Shown here piece after piece: positions 1 to 29,051 of a DNA stretch of 64,000 nt (position 1 is its first letter; each line of letters opens with the position of its first letter). The notes beneath the pieces are model-generated. The model did not search any database. It saw nothing but the letters and a program-made list of their open reading frames with translations, and was not told where the DNA came from. This DNA comes from Macrostomum lignano (taxonomy: Eukaryota). Location: assembly GCA_002269645.1 (NCBI GenBank), contig NIVC01001195.1:124001-188000 (forward strand), in the 5' to 3' direction. The position numbers and the translations under genes are program-made.

Positions 1-520
1 CCTCTCCGCACTCTCTCAGTCCCTGAGAATCTGCCTCTCCGCACTCTCAGTCCCTGAGAATCTGTCTCTCCGCTCTTTCATGCCTTGAGAATCTGCCTCT
101 CCGCTCTTTCATGCCTGCCTCTCCGCTCTTTCAGGCATTGAGAATCTGCCTCCGCTCTTTCAGACCTTGAGAATCTGCCTCTCCGCCGCCTCAGTCCCTG
201 AGAATCTGCCTCTACGCTGCCTCAGTCCCTGAGAATCTGCCTCTCCGCTGCCTCAGTCCTTGAGAATCTGCCTCTCCGCTGCCTCAGTCCCTGAGAATCT
301 GCCTCTCCGCCGCCTCAGTCCCTGAGAATCTGCCTCTCCGCACTCTCTCAGTCCTTGAGAATCTGCCTCTCCGCACTCTCTCAGTCCTTGAGAATCTGCC
401 TCTACGCTGCCTCAGTCCCTGAGAATCTGCCTCTCCGCTGCCTCAGTCCTTGAGAATCTGCCTCTCCGCTGCCTCAGTCCCTGAGAATCTGCCTCTCCAC
501 CTCCTCAGTCCTTGAGAATC
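1..520. repeat. 31-bp minisatellite (GAGAATCTGCCTCTCCGCTGCCTCAGTCCCT), in a CASK intron
   Basis: Directly visible tandem copies with a period of about 31. Confidence 0.95.
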
Positions 521-1112
521 TGTCTTCACTCTTAATCTATCCGTTTCTGCACGCAGAAGAACACACAAAGGTTAAATATCTACCTGACACAGACGAAGCC
601 AAAGAGCCGCGCAATATCATAATTCTTTAGCATTGAAAAGTTGCTAGAAAGAAATTGCTTTCACGCTGGTAGCAGCAAGAAAGAGAAATGCAGAGGACTG
701 CATCGACTAACAGATGGAGAGCAGAGAAACGTCAGGAAATGCAGTAGTAAGCCTTCTAGAGGGACGGGCAAGTGAGTTGCTGGCGGAGGCTGGAAAGCCG
801 ATAGGACAGCGGAAGGGGGGATCGCCCCGAGGCAGGCAGAGATTGGGAAATCTCGGCGGCTGCGGTGGGGAAATTAACGAGATGGGAGGGGAGAAGGGCG
901 AGTCAGATGGAGAACAGGAGCTTCAGACAGGGCTGGGGAACAGGAAGAACCGGACTGAAGAGGCAGCCTGGTCGATGATATCAAGACTTTTAGCATCACT
1001 GTTGTGTGAGCCACGCGACTGCCAGCGTGTAAGGCGCTTTGAGTCCGTCACATAGGTGACAGGGACACGAACTACTGTGGGGAGGCGGAGGGAGACGGGG
1101 AGGTCAGACATT

Positions 1113-1350
1113 CTCCGTGTGGGGCGATTCTCACAGTGGATTTGGGGCGATTCTCATAGTGGATTTGAGACGACTCTCACAGTGGATTTGGAGCGATTCT
1201 CACAGTGGATTTGAGACGACTCTCACAGTGGATTTGGAGCGATTCTCACAGTGGATTTGAGACGATTCTCACAGTCGATTTAGGGGCGATTCTCACAGTG
1301 GATTTGGAGCCTATTCTCACAGTGGACTTGAGACGACTCTCAGTGGATTT
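1113..1350. repeat. 23-24-bp minisatellite (CGATTCTCACAGTGGATTTGGAG) next to a CASK splice donor
   Basis: About 10 tandem copies ending ~30 bp from the donor at 1380. Confidence 0.95.
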
Positions 1351-1380
1351 GGGATAAACTAATAACATAGCAGTACCAAC

Positions 1381-17995
<16,615 letters not shown>

Positions 17996-20183
17996 TTTTG
18001 AATGGTTTGAAATGTAGAATAACTTTATTATGTAAAAAATAAAGGTTTAATCAAGGTTTATGTCTACAGTAATGATCTGATTCAGTAAATAAAACTAGGA
18101 CTTAGGCCTACTAAAAATGAAAATTAACGTATGTGGCTCTCAATAATAGTCAATATCATAGAAAATAACAGGTATTATTAATTTATTTGTTTTTTCACAA
18201 CTCGAAAAAATCGAGAAATCAGTCAAAATGGTTTTATTTATCAAAACTTTGGCTTGGGCCTCGGGCCTCGTCCGTTAGGCCTAGTGAACCCAAACAGAAT
18301 TAAAAAAGACCAACACTGGAGGGACTGCTGTACAAAAGAAAACAAATATATTTACAGACAAGTGAACAAGTAGAGCAATCGGAGTAAAGATGTCTTCCAC
18401 TAGACTCTTTAGTCATGCAAACTTATTGATTGGATATTAATTTACGGCTGACATTCAGACCGTCGACGATTTAAAAAACGAGTGTTTTTTAACAAATATG
18501 ATTAATGCAAACTGCATTTAAGCGTCTTTTTTGCATACGTGAGCTTTATTTTAATGCAAAAATTTTTATTTTTATGTTAAAATTAAAGAAAAAATAAAAA
18601 AGACGGTCCAGCAACACCAAAATTATCAGCAAGTTTTTATACAGTGTGTAAGAGAATTTCCCAAACTTTTTGAACAGAAAATAATTTATACACATTCACA
18701 CCATTTATTTCCATTTATTTCCTACTCAACTCTCTAAGTCGACAAAGACACTCCCGCTCTGTGTAACTGTCGACAGTTAAATTTCAATGTAAAAGCACAC
18801 CCAGCTTTTAATTTACATCGCGAGCGCTCCTAATCAACGTTTATAGTCGGAAAAAATTGCGCTTGAAGTGTGTCTGCACTGAAATTAGAAAGGCCTCGAT
18901 AATACATCAGATTTTTGTCACATCACAGTGTTGCTCTCTTTTGTCTGAGTGCTTGATATCAGTAGTGACAATTTTTACGCATGCCTCTTGTGACGTTGCT
19001 AGTTTAAACTGGTCCCGCAAAAGGGCCGTTGGACTACAATTTTCCCTTACAAATTCTCATTTAAAATTTCCAATTGTGTATTCTCACGTTTACTTGTAGT
19101 AGCGCGCAACTAATCTGTATCAATTGCTAAATCATTGCGTACTTTGTAAGCGTTGCGTACGGCTGTAGGGTCTCGCGCGATCGATAATTTCTGTTTCTTG
19201 TTTTTCCCTCGCCAGCCAATGATAACTCTCCGCATATATTATGCTAACCCTCCTGCGCTCCTTTATTAACCCCGCCTGGCGGCAGGCTGGGGGTTTTTTC
19301 ACTTTCCTGTCCGTTCCTCCCTTTCCTTCCTTTCGTTTTGGCGTTTCTTCGTGGCCTCTTGTTTTCCTTCTCTCTTCTTATCTCTCGCCACGGCCCCCTC
19401 TGTCTGGGCAAGCCTGTTTACGCACTCTTACTCCACCGTGTACTGCCACGGGCCAACGCCCAATCTCGCCACTACTAGTCTGCCTGTCTACTTGCTACTC
19501 ACTGCCATCACTGTGCTCACCGCCATCACTTACCATGTTGCGTCGCCACTGCATCTTTCGTCAACTACTTGACTTCATAACTCCAATTAAATTCAAAACC
19601 ATTGTTGCAGCCGCCAGTGCCCCAGAACGCTATAAGTTTTGTATTGACATTAATCAATCATCATATTAATAACGATAATAAATAGCTTACGGCAGTCCCC
19701 TGCCTTTATACGCCAAGTGCTCCGCTACACAATCCGCTTCGCAAGAATTGACTTCACAATCTCGTCAAAACGGCCCTTTTAAGGGTTGTATAGTCACCAC
19801 GCCAATAACGTGACACTCTAAACTTTGAAATGAAGCCTTTGGGGGCTTAAAATTACTAAAAAGTTTTTCCTATAGTTAAAAGAAAACTAGGAGACAACAC
19901 AACAGGAACAACCTGTGTTTGGATACAGGTTGAGAGACAGGACTTTGATAAAGCCTCCCATGCGTTTCATTCCGGGAAGGGAGGAAAGTGATGTCTGCAC
20001 TTTTATGTTTATGGTCTAAACCAAAGATTATATATCCCAGGTTTTAAGGGCGATAATGGGAAAGCCAGAGGGCGCCGAAGGCCCTAAAAGCCTGGGTAAT
20101 CCGTCCATCCACCTATACTAAATCTCTAAGATCTTCCACAAATGTACTAAATCTAATGTCTGTCCGTATGTAACGCTTTACAG

Positions 20184-23100
20184 ATTGATTGCTTTCATCA
20201 ATTTTGTTGCGAATGTTGCGAATGGACTATCGTTGCGAATGCGAGGCCTGTGCTTGAGTCTCATTCGACTATAATCGAAGCCATCGGACTAACTGTGGAC
20301 AGGGTGCTAGAAGACACTGCACCGCCCGGAGAGTATGTGCATGAGCACACTGCAGCAATTGTGAATCAGCTGCTGGACGTTGACAATGCCATCTACCAGT
20401 ACGTTGACGATGGCCATCTACAGCTGGTTCAAGAGGTTCCATCTGCTGTAAAGCCAGCTGCGGCCGTGGTGCGGCTCCTGTACAATCGACATACCGAACA
20501 CTACGACTCTTTGCGCATTGTCCCGCCGCTAGCTACACCCGGGTTCTCCTCTGACACTGAGTGAGTATAGATCTCACGTTTTCGATGCTCCAAGTTTCAG
20601 TAGTGTATAGTTTTTCTCATTCGCTTTTCCACCACTAGCTTCTGGGCCAACCGGGCTCCTGAGCTTGTTAGCTCACTCCTGCCTGATATCAGCATGGCGT
20701 CGAACACTTCAGATTTTTCAGACGAGGACGCCCTGTGAGCAATTTTTTTGCTTGAAAACCATTGTTTAGTTTAATAATATTTTTATCTTCTTTCTCGCTT
20801 TAACTTTCAACTAACAGGCCATTTAAGCCTGAACCACAGGCGCATCAGCTGGGCCGGATGTGTTTGCCTTGTGGACAATGCAGTGCTCTGCGGTGCGAAG
20901 GCGAGGCGCCAGGACTCTGCTGTGCAGTCGGCAAGGTCAAGCTACCCGTGAAGACCGTACCAGCAGTTCTGCATGATTTGTTCGTTGGGCGCCACACTCT
21001 AAGCCGCGATTTCCTGGAGAACAATCAGGAGCTACAACACTGCGCTGCACCTCACGTCGATGAAGGCTAACCTGCGACCGACAAGAAGCTACTGCCCGAA
21101 CTTCATCCTCAGTGGTGAGCTGTTCCACAGCATTCCGCCTCTGTACACTTGTGAACAGGGTGTGGCGCGTGGCTGGCAGGTGTACTTCACCGACAAGGAG
21201 CTGGAGAATCGCTTGAAGCTCAGCGAGCATCTGGATCGGGATCTGCTGAAACTGCTGCAGGCCGTGCTGCACGATTGCTATTTATATGCGCGGAGCCTGA
21301 AAGCTACTGAGCAGCGAATAAAGGAGCAGCCCGAGCTGGGTGATGCTCGCATCGTCATTTTTCCTGACCGCCGTCCGACTGGTGAGCACATTCGGTGAGC
21401 CCAGCAGTTTTTACTTTTATTTTCTAAGTTTCGAGTCGTATTTTTTAGTCCATTAGTCCATAAAAATTACGTCCGATGTTGTAACACTCCTTTCATTCGG
21501 AAACTACGGTTAATTAGTTTCTGTCATCCAGCTTCGTGGACGGGCCTCGCTACATGATGGAGCGACTACAGGTCGCGACGCGTCAGAAAAAATCGAAATT
21601 ATGTTTGAGTAGTTTTGTTCTTAATTAGTTCGACTTGGTGCGGATCGGTTTGACTTGTCAAACCGGACATGCAGAAAAATGCATTTTTATATATATGAAA
21701 GAGGTACAATCTGCCAGAGGCGAACGAGGTTGGCATCCTCATCGTTGGCGACACCTCGGAGCGGGCTTTCACATCGCGAGACGTGTTGATTGAACTCCGA
21801 TACCCTGTCAATGGAAGCTACAGGCGCACGCAGTCAGTTTCTGTGACTCATCGAGCGTATGATTCGTTGCAGGATGTGCTGCTTCTGCTATTCGGAGAGG
21901 ACGGCTAGCACACTGAGCTCAAGATGACCACAGGTGGAAAGCTGACACCTCGCATGTATTACGCTAGCGAGATCATGGTGCGACCTGGCCAGTTCAATGC
22001 GCTGCACTATGGCCGTCGCCTGCTGAAGCAGTACCTCGTGGACCAGTGTGCGAAAATCGAGGGTGAGAGGCTGACCTATCTTCGCACTCACCTGGACGAC
22101 CTTCGCAGCGAGACCTACAGCGGTCTGCGGGACGCACTGTTTGCTGCTGACGGTTTACAAACCGATGCTGACCCAAGCTCAGTCGGGAAATCGGTGTTTT
22201 TGTCATCCAGCTTCGTGGGCGGGCCTCGCTACATGATGGAGCGACTATAGGACGCGATGGCTTACGTGCACAAGTTTGGCAAGCCTGACCTGTTGTGACG
22301 GCTACTTGCAACCCGAAGTAGCAAGAGATCACTGACGAGTTGCTGCCCGGACAGAAGCCCGAAGACCGGCCAGACATTGTGACTCGCGTATTCGAGTTGA
22401 AGAAGAAGGCTCTGATGGTGCGGCTGAAGGAGAAATTTGCACCGGTGGTCGCGCATGTTTTTGTTCTCTTGAATACCAAAAGCGCGGTGAGTTATTATTT
22501 TTTGTTAAACAAAGGTCCATTTCTACCATTTGAAATGTTTTTGTTTTTTAATGTATTTTTATAATTTTTGTTGCCAAAGTACTCATATAATTATTTCATT
22601 AAAAACATGATACTTTGAAACAACCCAGGTCTGCCGCATGTGCATATTTTACTGTGGCTGGCCAACGGGCACCGCGTGACACCGGATCGCTACGATGACA
22701 TCGTTTGCGCTGAGATCCCAGACCCGCGGACCCAGCCAGTGCTGCACGAGCTGGTCAAGACCCACATGATCCACGGGCCGTGCGGCAAGGTGAACCCGAG
22801 CTGTCCGTGCATGGAGAATGGGCAGTGCAGCAAGAAGTTTCCTAAGGACTTTCTGCCGGCCACCCTGGGGAACTACCTGGGCTACCCGCATTACAGGCGG
22901 CGCTCTCCAGAAATGGGCGGATTTGTGGTGGACAAGCCGTTCAAGGGTCGAAGCGTTCAGATGGATAACCGGTGAGCTGAAGATATCCACTTCTTCAGGA
23001 AATTACTCACTCGTTCGCTCATTCGCTCTCTCTTTTTTGCTCTTGATCTTAAAGGTTTGTCGTGCCATCCCAATCCGAGCCTGCTACTGGAATTTGCCTG

Positions 23101-24275
23101 TCACATGAACGTGGAGGTGTGCGCCACGGTTCGCAGTGTAAAGTATATTATTAAGTAGCTGCTAAAGAGTGGCGACATGGCGACAAGAGTGGCGACAGCC
23201 TTTGAAAACTACAATGAAGCTAAGTAAATGTTTCTCCGCTTACTCCCAGATCCACAAAAGATTTCCAGCAGTCATTCGGCTCTGCGTGCACAAGCGAAAC
23301 GAGCAGCTGGTGTACTTCACGGAAGCGACCGCCAGCGCCATAGCTAGAGTGCAAAAGGACTCTATGCTGACAGCTTTCTTCAAGCTGTGTCGGACAGATG
23401 AATTCGCTCGGAGCCTGCTCTACACAGAGATGCCATCTCACTTCACGTGGCACCAGAGCGCGAGGGAGTGGCGTCGCGCTAAGCGAGGTGCCAAGGTGGA
23501 TGGACATCCGGATGTGAGACGCAGTCCCAACATCTCACGGATGTACACGGTGTCTCCAAGAGCGGGCGAGCTGTTCTATCTGCATCTATTGCTGCTGCAC
23601 GTGAGAGGACCGACCAGCTACGAGTCACTGCAAACGGTGGACGGCGTGCTGCAACCTACCGCTAGAGCTGCGTGTATGGCTCTTGGACTGGTGCAGCGAG
23701 ACGACCACTGGGAAAGGTGCCTAGGTGAGGCTGTGCAGTCTCGGATGCCGAGAGCCCTGAAGCACCTTTTTGCAGTCATTCTTATCTGGGGAGAGCCAGA
23801 AGACGGTGAGAAGCTGTGGCAGCGCTTCGCGGAGGACCTCTGCGAGGACCTGCGCTATCACCACTCAGACCTGGCGCTTGGCGACCTGGTGACTGACATG
23901 GCACTTCGCGAGCTGCAGAGCATGCTAACCGCCATGGGCGGCTTCAGCCTACCCGAGTACGGACTGCCCGCGACCTCCATTGCGCCACAAGTTGGCCCGA
24001 TTCAGTTCGACCCGGTGGAGCAGGCTGGCATTTCCGAGATGCGAGTTCAGCACCTGACCGAGGAGCAGCGGGCTGTGTACGAATTCATCACAGCTGACTT
24101 GCTCGCTGGTACAGGCGGTCTGCCTTTTGTTGATGCGCCAGCTGGTACCGGCAAGACTTTTCTGCTAGAGGCGCTGCTGGCCTTTGCCCGCAGCAGAGGA
24201 GAGGCTGCTATTGCCGTTGCTGCGTCCGGCATTGCGGCCACCATGCTGCCTGGCGGACAGACGGCGCATTCTGCG
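20184..24275 (+). mobile_element. Helitron A: multi-exon Rep/helicase pseudogene (OTU-like exon, Zn-finger, Rep HUH, start of PIF1 helicase), 3'-truncated
   Basis: Exons 20184-20560, 20639-20734, 20818-21394, ~21704-22486, 22629-22971 and 23055-24275. Motifs: CGQCSA...CCAVGKVKLP, SFVGGPRYM, EYQKRG|LPHVHILLW, HGPCG, NVEVC..VRSVKYIIK*, DAPAGTGKT, GIAATMLPGGQTAHS. Several stops and frameshifts. Confidence 0.93.
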
Positions 24276-24297
24276 TGAGTTTCTCTGGAAGTTTTTA

Positions 24298-24527
24298 CTA
24301 CACCTTTTCACGTTCAATTTTGAACAAAGTCCAGTTCTAAAAAAACTAGCGGAAATTCAATTCAGACAATTCAGACTGGGGCAACAAAACCCAGTTCAAA
24401 ACATTCTGCTACGGAAGCGAGGTTTAGCCATAGACAAAATTGTCCCCAGTCTGAATTGTCTGAATTGAATTTCCGCTAGTTTTTTTAGAACTGGACTTTG
24501 TTCAAAATTGAACGTGAAAAGGTGTAG
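24298..24527. mobile_element. 230-bp MITE with 84-bp perfect TIRs and TA target duplication
   Basis: 24298-24381 is the reverse complement of 24444-24527; TA at 24296-97 and 24528-29. Confidence 0.88.
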
Positions 24528-24554
24528 TAAATTAATTCAAATCAGCTGTTCTCT

Positions 24555-27302
24555 TTGCTGTGGGTTGAGCACAGCAAACTTATTGCGAGCTTCACTTGTA
24601 TTTTCGAGCGTAATTCAGTTCATTTTTGTCTATGGCTGTGTAGGCAGCTAACGGCTGCTTGAGCCAGTAGAGCTCGACTCTCTTAAACATAATTAATAAA
24701 TTTGAGAAAAGCGGAGAGCCCAAGAGCTCCAAAAGAATTTAACATTCAAGAGCGGTCTTTGCGCATCACGGTCTCCAAAAGCATAATACGAAAAGCATAA
24801 CAGTGGCGTCGCAAGATGAAATCTGCACCGACTTCACCGGCACAGCCACCAGAGGGCCCTGCAAAAGTAGCTGGTCCTGCGAAAACGGTGGGATCAGCAA
24901 AAACAGCTGGTCTGGCGAGGGCAGCAGCTTCAGCGAAAACGGCTGGTCCTACGAAGACAGCTGGTTCTGCAGGCCACCCGCGCATGGCAATGGACCGACT
25001 AATCGACCAACTGCGGGAGCAGTGGATATTGAGAAGCTGGAGGCTTCCAGTAATCTGCCACGCTGGCTGGACCGATTCGAGGTGGCAGCAGCGTTTAACA
25101 ACTGGGACTCGGTAGGGAAAGCCCAAATACTTCTTATGCGACTTTCACCAAAGCTATATGACAGCTTGGCCGATCATGTCTCGCCTACAAACCGAGCCGG
25201 TTGAACTTCGATGAACTCGTGGAAGCACTAAAGAAACTGTTAGTCCCAGCAACATTCGCTTTGGCTGAGAGATTCACATTTCAACAATGCACTCGGAACC
25301 ACGGAGAGAGCATGCATGCATTTTCCGAACGACTTGTAAGAGAGGCAGAAAACTGTGACTTCAATAACATCAATGAAAGACTGAGAGACCAATTCATTTG
25401 CGGCCTGAGTGATCAGAACGTTATCGGAAAGCTACTTGTAAAGGACCACCGGAAGCTTACCTTCAGAGACACAGTAGCTGAAGCAGAGTCGTTCTCATCG
25501 TTGATTGCTACTAATATTATGAAAAACGCTCCAAAAGCTGATGGGGCTGCTGTAATGAAAGTAGGAGTTCTTAGACCTGGTTCAACGATAGCAAAGAACA
25601 AGAATTCTGCACGTCTGTGTCCCCGATGTGGCTCGACGCACGATAGTACAGCCTGCCCAGCGTTGGGGAAGTCGCGTCGGAAATGCGGGAAAATGAATCA
25701 CTTCCAGAAGATGTGCAGGTCGCAGAGGGGCAAAGCTCCAGACCACAGGAGAGGGAAGTCGTCGGTAAATTTCGCAGAGAAGTCTCCTAGGAACCAGAGC
25801 GAAATCCGAGAACCAGTCAATGGGATGTTTGTCATAGGTGCGATTGAGAACCTAACCAAGGATGCCATAAACATCACGCTGAGTTTCGTCCATAAAGGAA
25901 ACACCAAGGCTGTTCAGTGCCAGGTCGACACGGGTGCGGCTGTGTCAGTCATGTCGGATCGCATATGGGCGGATATTGGGTGTCCTGAACTGCAACCGAG
26001 TGAGACAAAGCTACTAGGATATGTCGACTTACATGAGTTCCAGACCCTAGGGAGTTTCAAAGGCACAGTGGTTCATGAAGGTCAGTACCACATGGTGTCC
26101 TTATACGTTGTAAAATCGAATAGATCGTTTGCGTTATTGGGTCGAGATGCCCCAACAATCGAAATAAACAACACAATGACTGGTGAAACTAAGGGCGATG
26201 AGTTTAGAGCGACTCTGCAGCTGCTACCAGGAGCTCAACCGCGATATATAAAAGCTAGACCAGTGCCGTTTGCGTACAAGGACAAGCTGAAGGAGGAAGT
26301 TGACAAGCTGCTGGAGCAGAATATTATCGAGCCAGTGCAGTTCTCACAATGGGCGTCACCAATTGTTGTGGTGCCAAAAGAAGATGGCTCTCTGAGACTT
26401 TGTGTTGACTATAAGCAGACCCTTAATCCACAGCTTGTAATGGATAGTCACCCAACACCTACACCGGAAGAGGCCTTCAGCACAGTTTTGGATGTAACCA
26501 GTACACTATATTAGATCTTGAGACCGCTTACAGCCAAATCAGACTGGATGATGAGTCAGAGCCTATGACTTTTATGTCGACACCTTTCGGAAATTTCCAG
26601 TACAATCGACTCGTGTTTGGCATAAAAACAGCGCCCAGTATATTCCAAGGTACATCACTCAAGTGATTGGCGATGTTGAGGGCTCTATCGCTTACGTGGA
26701 CGATATCCTGATCGGCGGAAGAACTGTGGATGAGCTAAAGTTACGAGAAAGCCAGGTTAGAGATCGACTGAAGCGTCATGGTTTGCGGATCAACGAGAGA
26801 AAGTGTCAAATCTGCCAGAGAAGAGTTCGATTCTTGGGTTTTGTGTTAGAGGGTGGTCTAATCCGCCCTGATGACGAGAAAGTGAGGGCGTTGCGAGAAA
26901 TGGCACCACCGTCATCCGTCAAAGAGCTCGAGTCACTGCTCGGATTCGCAAAGTTTAGCGGTCGTTTCATTCCGAAATTCTCTGAGCTTTTAGAGCCGCT
27001 ATCACGTCTGGTCAAGAAGGATGTCGAATTTAGATGGGAAATTGAGCAAGAAAAAGCCTTCAAACAACTTAAATCCGCGCTCTCGGAGCATACCGCACTT
27101 GCTAACTTCGATCCAACCAAGCCTGTAAGTCTGGAGTGTGATGCGTCTCAGAAGGGGCTTGGTGGTGTGCTCATCCAAGGAGATCGACCTGTTCTGTATG
27201 TCAGCAAGCTGCTATCACCTGCGGAGCAAAAGTACTCACAAATTGAGCGTGAGGCACTAGCCATAGTATGGTCAATTCAGCGTTGTCATCGATTTCTAGC
27301 AG
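24555..27302 (+). mobile_element. Ty3/gypsy LTR retrotransposon 1 (LTR part, PBS, gag, protease, RT, RNase H), integrase missing, frameshifted
   Basis: ...AACA then TGGCGTCGCAAG (PBS-like, 24804). gag RLRDQFICGL with two Zn knuckles, VDTGAAVS protease, WASPIVVVPKEDGSLRLCVDYK, YVDDILI, ECDASQKGLGGVL, YSQIEREALAIVW. Confidence 0.93.
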
Positions 27303-28559
27303 GTGCTCTACAACAATCTGACAAGTGCTCTAGAGCAGAAGGAAGACAGGTCGATTACCTTTATCCGAGAACAGCTGCAGTTGAGCAGTAAACCAAAGGG
27401 CTCAAGGAGATATTCTCAACATTTGATAGTATTGTGCTACATGATTTATTCACTAAGTGCTGCAGCCTATGGACTTCTACGTGATCAAGGGATTCTCTGC
27501 CTGCCATCAGAGCGAACTCTGAGGTCAGTTTCTCGAAGAGTTGGAAAAGCTGGATTTGATTCTCAAAGTTACCTTCGGCTGCGAGCGTCCAAGCTGACCC
27601 AGATTGAGCGAGTTGTGGTGCTAATCATTGATGAAATCTATGTGGCCAATCGAGTTGAGTACTGTGCTGGTCAAGTGAGTGGAGTGGACAATGACGGAGT
27701 GGTTGCTTCCACCTACTGTTGCTTTTTGATAAAGGCAATTGCCGGCAAGTACCAGGACATGGTGGCTATGTTTCCTGTAGCAAAGCTGACAGCACAGAAG
27801 CTCAGTCACTGGTTTCAAGATTTCATGAAGTTGCTGCGCAATCACTTCATTTCCGCAAGACAGCTAACTGAAAACAGTCTCAAAATTGCTGCCATCAGTC
27901 TGCTGAAGTTTTCTCAGCTGTCACTGACCGATATAGACAATTCTATTGAGTCTATCTGCGCCAAAGATCAGCACATATAGGAACTGGCGTTAGAGTTTGC
28001 AAGTAAGATGAAGATGAGCATCCAGCCATTGAGATCGGACTGCACCGTTGTCTACTATGTAAGTGGAGCAGTTGCTAAGAAATTTGTGCAAAGGAAGCGA
28101 GGATGCGCGTCTTGCAGCGAACTTCTGCTCGACTCTGACAACCTACCGCCCCTTGAAAGTGATGAAGAAATCCAGACCACGGCAATCGCCTTCTTCGAGG
28201 AGATCAATCGGGGTGGCCTGTCCAAGCCGTCGATGGTCGCCTTTAGGCTGGCCACACACTGCTGGCAGGTGTTCGAAGAGATTCGGCAGAGCAATGAACT
28301 GCGCAGAAGGCTGCTGACCGCGCCCAACCAGATGCAACTGTTCTGTCACATTGTTGACGAGATGATGGAGGACAGCATTTACCTGGAACATTTCATGGGT
28401 CAGATGATGTGCACGGCTGGCCATGATGTAAAAGAGGGAATTATTTGCGCATTTTTCAACTGCATGATGAAAAATTTGGTCCAAGATATTTCGGTTGGTG
28501 GAGCTGGAGCCAAAAGTAAGCGAAAGTCGGCTAAACTTTCCAGTGGCAGTTCATACTAA
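27303..28559 (+). mobile_element. P-element/THAP9-like transposase remnant with internal deletion
   Basis: AAAYGLLR..ILCLPSERTLR, VVLIIDEIYV (first catalytic Asp), CFLIKAIAGKYQDMVAMFPV, then a jump to the C-terminal VVYYVSGAVAKK...CASC...GGLSKPS region. Confidence 0.82.
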
Positions 28560-29051
28560 CAACTTTGATTTGTGCCGATGATGCTTTTCAATCTGTCTGA
28601 CACGCCACTGACCTGCTTTCGTGTCACATCTAAGCTGTTCAGTCCTTTGTTAATACTGCCTACTCTCGTTTCTTACCGATTTGTTCAAGTACATATGCAC
28701 ACATGCATCTTTTTCTCTGCACACTGCTAATATATATAACAACATGCATATAATTCGTTCCCAATCACAAGTAGTCCTGCCTGAATATAAAATTAATCAG
28801 TTTGAATTTGCGTCGTTGCCTCGCGATAAAAAATTAAATAAATTTCCGATGGCCTCATGTGGTAACGCGAATTTTTTCGCTTCCAGTCCAGATGCTAAGT
28901 ATAGAAGTCCATGCTCGAAACGTTCGTATGTCTATGGTCTTTCGTAAGGTTGATCTTAACCCTACGACTGCTCGGTATCAGTCGTAAAAAGCACTTATCG
29001 GAGAGATCTCAGGGTATGATATCTTTAATACTGCAAGTGACAGCAAAGATC

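Noticed and set aside
714-1111. ORFs 714-1055 and 923-1111 as the next CASK exon
   Set aside because: No resemblance to the expected L27 region (AVSQVLDSLEEI...); the next exon is probably off-window
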